Shown here: positions 37,901 to 41,873 of the stretch, in pieces
How the letters are laid out: each line of letters begins with the position of its first letter
Position numbering within the stretch: the stretch's first letter is position 1
Source of the DNA: a virus
DNA: 41,873 nt
Virus record (IMG/VR): IMGVR_UViG_3300022777_000088
Reading direction: 5' to 3' (one strand)
Program-made: the position numbers and the translations under genes
Notes under the pieces: generated by a model
Told to the model about the DNA's origin: nothing
Database searches by the model: none
What the model saw: the letters and a program-made list of their open reading frames with translations, nothing else

Positions 37901-40637
37901 AACTCCATCGGACGGATCGGACATCAACTTTGCGGATACAACCGTTGGACAAACCACGACGAAAACGGATGTCATCGAACTTACGGAAACCGGCGGGGAC
38001 ACTTCCGGATCATACACTACTAACATAAGTGGTGGTCCATTCTCACTTGCGCAAGGAGATGAACAAGATCAGATTGGATCCGGCGGCAGCAAGTTTATCA
38101 CTGTTAACTTCAGTCCAGGCAGCACAGGCACTTTCAATGAAACATTGACTATCAACTGGAGCGGCCAGAACTCAAGCGGAACGATCACCTATAACTTGAA
38201 TGGAACCGCCGTTCAGGAACCAACCCTCAGCATCACTCCGGATCCGCTGGACTTTGGAGACGTCGACACAAACTCTTCGGCGCAGGGGGCGTTCACGTTC
38301 AGTGAAACCACTGGAAACGACTCAATCGACGTTCAGAATGACTTTCAGGACTTGGATCAGGATATATTTGTACCAACGCAACAGGGTGATTCGAACTTCA
38401 CGATTTCAGCGGGAGGAAGCGTTACCGTTGAAATCGAGTTTACTCCAGATGCCGTAACTTCATTTAGTGATTCATTCGGAGTCCAATGGAGTTCTCCTGC
38501 ATTTAGCGGATCAAAGAGTGATACAGCGAATCTTCAAGGAACCGGAGTTGATTCAAATGCTCCGGGAATCAGTGTATCCACCAGCCAGCTTCAGATCGGG
38601 CCTGTGGATGCAGACACCGGATCCGCCACAGCAACGTTTGATATTACCGAAACCTCTGGAAATCAAGACTTGAACATTTCGAGCATGACGATTTCCAATC
38701 CGGATCCGCTTGTTGGAGAGCCCGGAGAATTCTCTTACACAACCGGATCTGATTTGGACGGTGCGGGAGGAACGGTTTCGGCTGGACAAACGGCAACTAT
38801 TGAAGTTGAGTTCAATCCAAGTGACGACGGATTCTCTCAAGCTGAAATTGACATCGAACACAACTCCAACGACGGCACAAGCTCGCCTGTTACCGTTGAC
38901 CTTGATGGAGACACCTTCCCTGAAGTCGAAAGCGTTACCTGGGGATTCACCGATGGAACGACTGTCGGTGGAGGAGATCAGCTTTCGTTTGATAGCTTCA
39001 CGACAAGCGGAATTGCCCCTAGCGGTGAGACTTTCGAGTATGACGTTCAAGAAGAAAACATCACGCAGGGAGGCTCCGGATCAGTGTTCGGTGGAAACCG
39101 TTCAGTGAACGGTTCAAACAACATCCCAAGCAACGTGACATGGAACGTCGGGGATTCCGGAATCAGCATTGCGGACGGTGACAACATTGAATACAGAGTT
39201 GAGGTTCAGAAACAGGTGTTCGGAACGCCATTCGGTGATCAGTCAGCACCACAAGGGGTCGACATTGGATCGGCGAGCTTGACCTTTGTCTCAGGTGACA
39301 TCTCTTTCGGAGAAGTTGATAGTGGATCGTCGATCGCGACCCTTGAAAATGACGGATCTCTTGAAGTCATCAATCTTTCAGATAGTATTACTGGAACTGA
39401 CAGTACTGAATTTACCAGCTCCGGTTTCGGAGACCAAGCTGGAGACAGAACTATCGCTCCAGGAAACCAGAAGGATCTGACTGTTGACTACGACCCTGAT
39501 AGCCAAACTTCGGACTCTGCTACACTTGAAGTCACCGGATCTAACAACACTAGCGCTTCAATCAGTCTAAGTGGTCAAGGGCGATCGACCGCGCTTCTGG
39601 AAATCACTCCAACAAGCGAAACGTTTGATGAGTTTGAACAAAAGAGCTTTACGGTAAACAATAACACGTCCAATGATCTTACTATGAGCGAAAACGTTCC
39701 GAGTGAATGGAGTCTAGATAATGCTACGTATGATGGTGTGCGGGGCGGTGACACGTTATCAGCAGGTGGATCCGGCAGTGTCACAATACAATATCTCCCA
39801 AGCAGCGGAGCGACTGACAGCGGCACTCTAACAGTATCGGCCGACAGTGGGCTATCAGCTAACGCTGACTTGACTGGAAATGGAGGTAATCCTTCAGTTG
39901 CTGTAACTAGCTCCACACCCGTCGACTTTGGTACAGGCAGTGGCACGGAGACTATCACTCTGGAAAACGGTGGAGTTGCAGATACATCAAGTGTATCAAC
40001 CTCTGGACTGTCCAGCCCATTCTCAGTATCTAACCAACCGTCAGACACGATTGCAGCAAACGGTGGAACGACAACGATTGATGTTGACTATAACCCATCG
40101 TCGACGAACACAGCGTCTGACACACTGAATATCGACATTGATAACGGTGATCAAACTTTGACAGTCGACGTAAGTGGTGACGGCCAGGGCACTGCTTCAG
40201 TATCGATAACACCAGATGATGGCACCACCGACTTTGGTACAGGAAACAGTAATGAAACCTTTTCGATTACAAATAACGGCGACGTTGATCTGACTGGACT
40301 ACAGGTTGATATCGTTGGAACTGATAGCGAAGAATGGTCAGTTTCAAGCGGACCATTCTCAACTAGCCTTTCACCGAGCCAAACCACGGATGTCAATATT
40401 GACTACACTCCAAGTACCACAGATGCCGATAACGGCAGCATTGAAGTTAATGCTGATCAGCAGTCCGTACCAGTTGGAATCAAACCTATCAGTGGCCAAG
40501 GCCAAGCAAGCACCGACACTGACACTGATACTGACGGCGGTGATGCTACCCTTCAGGCTACGGACATCGATCCGCAAGATTACACGCCGCCAGAAGAGCG
40601 TGACGATGATTCGGACGGCGACACCGAAGACCAATAA
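31998..40637 (+). CDS. Giant modular adhesin/fibre (2879 aa): WD40 propeller, 5 FN3-like domains and ~16 ASH/choice-of-anchor-D Ig domains
   Basis: Three N-terminal (Y/F).K.NG.W repeats; WD40 repeats (LAAGSADMSVYVYD); FN3-like units (A.L.G.LT...F.WG...L.GL...T.Y.Y.A.A); Ig units (DFG.V...FTI.E.GG...V.F.P....ATL.I.H......L.G). Confidence 0.85.
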   Translation: MAIFLKRNGAWQKIEEPYIKRNGNWILPEEGYIKENGQWKLIFEQFEFEVETVSASEDINTATFTGQLTAFEDFEESNFLQTTLTDATSSPGVAVDGDRQKVAVGGGDDTVYVYDRDFNLEDTLSDPANRVLSCSYNTNNGRLAAGSADMSVYVYDSDGNLEATLTDPGGEVNDVVFNESNGRLAVGSEDNQVYLYDSNLQLTNTITQFSNPVKSLDWRESDNYLFISANPGAVTVLDTSFNSVDTLTDASGETRVAVGDNDRIAVLNSQKIYIYTNNFSLTSELTEFDETASGDLGDVAWDDNGRVAHASRDSKVYIYNSSYNNIATIDDSGRRFSKMDWSGQNDILAAGADEGGQGDTYVISTGVSVFFEYGQQGQGLSNRVRAGGRTALGQFSTDIDGLQPLTSYEMRAGGETSEGREAFGDTILFTTSDTVLQVDTLSATNVFTTTADLRGEITAFDGFNQDANIRFDWGEQSVGPVNTLNAGTQSGTGFFQEELTGLTDGETYVFEAVASAGSKVERGGEVTFSTTAIQLNTNTLGASGVQAQTATLNGELTAFSGFTQDATVEFEWGEQGSGFPNTTTADQSPLSSTGTFSAVIGDDQGEPVDPATQYEYRAVAEAEGVVDTGGFVNFTTQSTTLTVQTDAASNISFDSAQLNGTLTAFDGFVQGTTANVKFEWGQQGQPLSNVENAGNLSSTSPFSSTLTGLQNGTTYEYKAIAEAGNKTREGSVVSFDTVDVIIDVTTDPESNVTQTSAQLNGTLNQLQGTSSTTANFAWGQVGQGTPNTTTNQTLSSTGSYSASLSGLQQDTDYEYKAQAGSEEGNLVQFSTSQFVIQIDSATYSYTAGDQVTFGESENVSVTVSGTGGLDFDYEVREIVNGTSQGTVADVSNQSSTTFTANWNVGDSANTNESDFDQGNTIAYEVVVTDVNNNTDSDQSSDVTYQEAPAINVPNSKSFFAQSGNQQTRAIDITEESGKEDLTIDSTNTQIVGSDPGEFTFSNLPGTIPAGTTESVDVTYSPTAVETDDAVFEVAHDGRNISSPVNITLDGSAQEVPLISVTPTSQDFGQVAVGNTPTRQFTVSEDGGDSNLVISSTTLSGDGEFSITSDIPDNTTISAGGSDTLTVEYAPNQGGESNSATLTINSDADNNGSLEVSLDGQGKFVPAIDLNPDGTQDFGTISTDQTDTITFTINETSGDQGLTISNIQTTGTNAGDFDLGSNVSTIESNGVPAGGSESFDVTFDPTANGARNATLEIEHDGQNISSPISRSLEGDATTASTIGTAPAEGDTLDFGSIIEDESTSDTITIQETGGANSFTIDNINASGNAFNLLSSGSIDPVGNSGPFTIPAGGSETVGVEFDPTSDGNFTNQFTFDHTAAEGDVDTSVTIDLTATAQSVSTISTSPVDGGTLVLSATSGNSDQADITISEVGGGESFDVTGLNLTDNSSEGNAFSIQSSPGNNFTVNPSTSETVTIAYNPTDTTSDTGSLDITHNANDGPTSPVQIDISGSATAPATFDISATTLNFNDRLVSNSDSISVSISETGGDSGFNITNQSITSNSSDFNITNSASSSVSASGSTTATVEFAPTSVSGNSENVSGTFTIEHDAPQGNSSPVDVSLNGTALKQATAALSTGSISFGNVIEGNSATDSFQIQETAGNEDYTITGFNLTGDTTEFDNQPSPQGIFAGSSETVTSEFTPSSGNNTNFNATLEISHDAANGPDPLTLDLSGTGITQVTAAVSPQSIDFGTVFADANTQTESFTLSETSGNGGYTITSTTVTGDATSEYGLQNVPNSISSGGSDSSGEVVFGPLDSGTQTATAEISHDAPGGDDPLTIDLTADVEVKSTISLSTTSLSFPDTIVGNSSSSQSFTVSETGGDNSFTTSNDGIAAQTSTATDQFNTTNSVSSSISAGGSDTVSIEFTPDSTTGGSWNATYRFDNTAQLGSESGTATIDLSGTALADANITGTPSDGSDINFADTTVGQTTTKTDVIELTETGGDTSGSYTTNISGGPFSLAQGDEQDQIGSGGSKFITVNFSPGSTGTFNETLTINWSGQNSSGTITYNLNGTAVQEPTLSITPDPLDFGDVDTNSSAQGAFTFSETTGNDSIDVQNDFQDLDQDIFVPTQQGDSNFTISAGGSVTVEIEFTPDAVTSFSDSFGVQWSSPAFSGSKSDTANLQGTGVDSNAPGISVSTSQLQIGPVDADTGSATATFDITETSGNQDLNISSMTISNPDPLVGEPGEFSYTTGSDLDGAGGTVSAGQTATIEVEFNPSDDGFSQAEIDIEHNSNDGTSSPVTVDLDGDTFPEVESVTWGFTDGTTVGGGDQLSFDSFTTSGIAPSGETFEYDVQEENITQGGSGSVFGGNRSVNGSNNIPSNVTWNVGDSGISIADGDNIEYRVEVQKQVFGTPFGDQSAPQGVDIGSASLTFVSGDISFGEVDSGSSIATLENDGSLEVINLSDSITGTDSTEFTSSGFGDQAGDRTIAPGNQKDLTVDYDPDSQTSDSATLEVTGSNNTSASISLSGQGRSTALLEITPTSETFDEFEQKSFTVNNNTSNDLTMSENVPSEWSLDNATYDGVRGGDTLSAGGSGSVTIQYLPSSGATDSGTLTVSADSGLSANADLTGNGGNPSVAVTSSTPVDFGTGSGTETITLENGGVADTSSVSTSGLSSPFSVSNQPSDTIAANGGTTTIDVDYNPSSTNTASDTLNIDIDNGDQTLTVDVSGDGQGTASVSITPDDGTTDFGTGNSNETFSITNNGDVDLTGLQVDIVGTDSEEWSVSSGPFSTSLSPSQTTDVNIDYTPSTTDADNGSIEVNADQQSVPVGIKPISGQGQASTDTDTDTDGGDATLQATDIDPQDYTPPEERDDDSDGDTEDQ

Positions 40638-40650
40638 GCAAAAGAAGTGA

Positions 40651-41820
40651 ATGTCACGAGTTGGACAGATTTCCATAGCGAGGCCGGGTGCTCCGCTTCA
40701 ACTTGAGTTTGATGAACGTGCTCTAAAACGCGTCATCGAAGAAGAAGCTCAGCCCGGCGACCACGTTTCCCTCTACCCGGGCAACTATACGATCTGGGAT
40801 GAGGACGAGGAAATCTTTATTGAAAGTGGCATCAACCTCACTGTTCTTCCCGGCGCAAAAGTCGACTACGTTCAGGATTTTCGCTCCGAAGACTTCACTC
40901 ATGATGAAGAGCCGGTTGATTCGATAAGCGGCGCAGGTCTTCGGAATCACCCTCTTGGCACAGGCAGCGCCGACAGGTACTTGCGGCCAAACTTCACAGG
41001 GCACGTCGAGAATATCGTCGATTTGAACTTCGGTTCAGAGTGGGCGTTTGAGCGGGACTTGAAGCAGCTTCGAACGGACTTCGAGGACTTTTCTGACTTT
41101 TCCCGCTTCATCAACGTCAACGTCGAAGAGCGTGTGATTGGGCCGTTGGAAGTTGGCCTTGGAGAAACCATCGAGTTTCGCAGCGGACAGGAGACGATCA
41201 TCAACTACGACTTTCTTCCGAGCGGCGACGGTATTTACGTGGAGTTTGACATTGACCCTCTCTCTACTCGGGTCAACAAAGTGTTTGGAGGAAACAAAAT
41301 CCAGATGCGAAACTCCAATGTCACCGGAGAAGTCACCATTGACCACGAAGAGCTGCAGACCACCGGGGATCCACAAAACTCTGAGCTTACCTTCATTCAG
41401 TCATTGACCGTTGAAGACGGCCACGTTGTCGATGTCGACGCCAACGAAATCGCAATTCTCGACCAGCGAGAGCCGCGATCAAGCGAAGGCGAAGAAGGGG
41501 ATATTTGGTTTGTTGAAGAAGGCGACTTTCTTCGGGACATTTTTCTGGCGACCGCAGAGCCGGACAACTTGGAGGGAAAGGAAGGCGACCTTTGGTTTGT
41601 CAACGATCAAAACAACTCCGAACGTGACGCGGAAAACGTGTTCGCGAGAACCGATACCCCCGAGCCGTCAGAAGGTGAAAACGGTGACATTTGGCTTCGG
41701 TTGCAGCAAGGTCCGGGCGACTTTTTCGCGATTCAGGAAGTGTTCATCAAGCAACGCAGTCCCTCTTCAGCAGACGGCGACGACAACGACATTTGGACCA
41801 CACTCGAACGAACCCCATAA
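40651..41820 (+). CDS. Putative tail fibre adaptor, paralogous to parts of 14558, with four G..(G/N)D(I/L)W repeats
   Basis: HVSLYPG...INLTVLPGA...NIVDLN matches HLTLHPG...IYITILPGA...NVADLN. The C-terminal repeats are EGEEGDIWF, EGKEGDLWF, EGENGDIWL and DGDDNDIWT. Confidence 0.7.
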   Translation: MSRVGQISIARPGAPLQLEFDERALKRVIEEEAQPGDHVSLYPGNYTIWDEDEEIFIESGINLTVLPGAKVDYVQDFRSEDFTHDEEPVDSISGAGLRNHPLGTGSADRYLRPNFTGHVENIVDLNFGSEWAFERDLKQLRTDFEDFSDFSRFINVNVEERVIGPLEVGLGETIEFRSGQETIINYDFLPSGDGIYVEFDIDPLSTRVNKVFGGNKIQMRNSNVTGEVTIDHEELQTTGDPQNSELTFIQSLTVEDGHVVDVDANEIAILDQREPRSSEGEEGDIWFVEEGDFLRDIFLATAEPDNLEGKEGDLWFVNDQNNSERDAENVFARTDTPEPSEGENGDIWLRLQQGPGDFFAIQEVFIKQRSPSSADGDDNDIWTTLERTP

Positions 41821-41823
41821 CAG

Positions 41824-41873
41824 ATGGAAGTTGTATCTCAAATCCTTACAGAGCGTCCAGGCCGCACAGGCAA
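41824..41873 (+). CDS. Start of the next gene (truncated by the window), probably another paralog of 40651
   Basis: MEVVSQILTERPG resembles MSRVGQISIARPG; the ATG lies 3 nt after the previous stop. Confidence 0.5.
   Translation, partial: MEVVSQILTERPGRTG

Larger units (their letters stand above)
1..41873 (+). mobile_element. Segment of a large tailed phage genome, probably from a halophilic host
   Basis: Genes are single-stranded in orientation and tightly overlapping (many ATGA/TTGA junctions). The window has phage-type orphan MTases, a Cas4-like nuclease, a DenV-like gene and ~29 kb of tail fibre/tailspike genes, with no bacterial housekeeping operons. Proteins are D/E-rich. Confidence 0.88.

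Noticed and set aside
40512-40536. Short GACACT-type tandem repeat
   Set aside because: It encodes a TDTDTDTD low-complexity linker, and its unit length is a multiple of three, so it is not a phase-variation tract.
14558-40637. Diversity-generating retroelement or invertible shufflon acting on the repeated fibre domains
   Set aside because: No reverse transcriptase or invertase, no near-identical TR/VR pair with adenine-specific differences that I could see, and no inverted gene cassettes. The repeats are diverged protein-level paralogs.
109-41603. Numerous minus-strand and alternative-frame ORFs in the track (e.g. 8788-9639, 33138-33908, 3925-4539)
   Set aside because: They are shadows of the + strand genes caused by biased codon usage and have no recognisable motifs. 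Only 1535-2413 carries a real domain signature.
1-41873. Stop-codon reassignment, tRNA or rRNA genes
   Set aside because: TAA, TAG and TGA all end genes at tight junctions under the standard code. The intergenic gaps are short and show no cloverleaf or rRNA-like sequence.

Overview
This window is a gene-dense segment with all credible genes on the + strand, read in the standard code. It looks like part of a large tailed bacteriophage from a hypersaline setting. The proteome is very acidic and the leaders are A-rich and poor in Shine-Dalgarno motifs; a DUF6734-like protein and choice-of-anchor-D/ASH Ig domains suggest a halophilic Bacteroidota/Rhodothermota (Salinibacter-like) host, which is an inference. 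The left part (1-11.9 kb) is an accessory region: two tandem paralogous beta-class DNA methyltransferases, a Cas4/RecB-like PD-(D/E)XK nuclease, a DenV-like glycosylase, a SLOG-like protein, DnaJ, a degenerate cytidylyltransferase and many small ORFs. After an intrinsic terminator (~11.95 kb), the right part is a ~29 kb cluster of modular tail fibre/tailspike/adhesin genes, including a 2879-aa WD40-FN3-16xIg protein. Two signals stand out. (1) The second methyltransferase carries a 351-aa intein whose HNH homing endonuclease is encoded in the overlapping +1 frame, with both frames stop-free for 879 nt. (2) Nine otherwise unrelated ORFs (a tenth with a variant) share an N-terminal motif [LF]xxHEx[ERD]Y[ILMVF], which may be an undescribed targeting or docking tag. 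All family assignments come from motifs recognised by eye, not from database searches.
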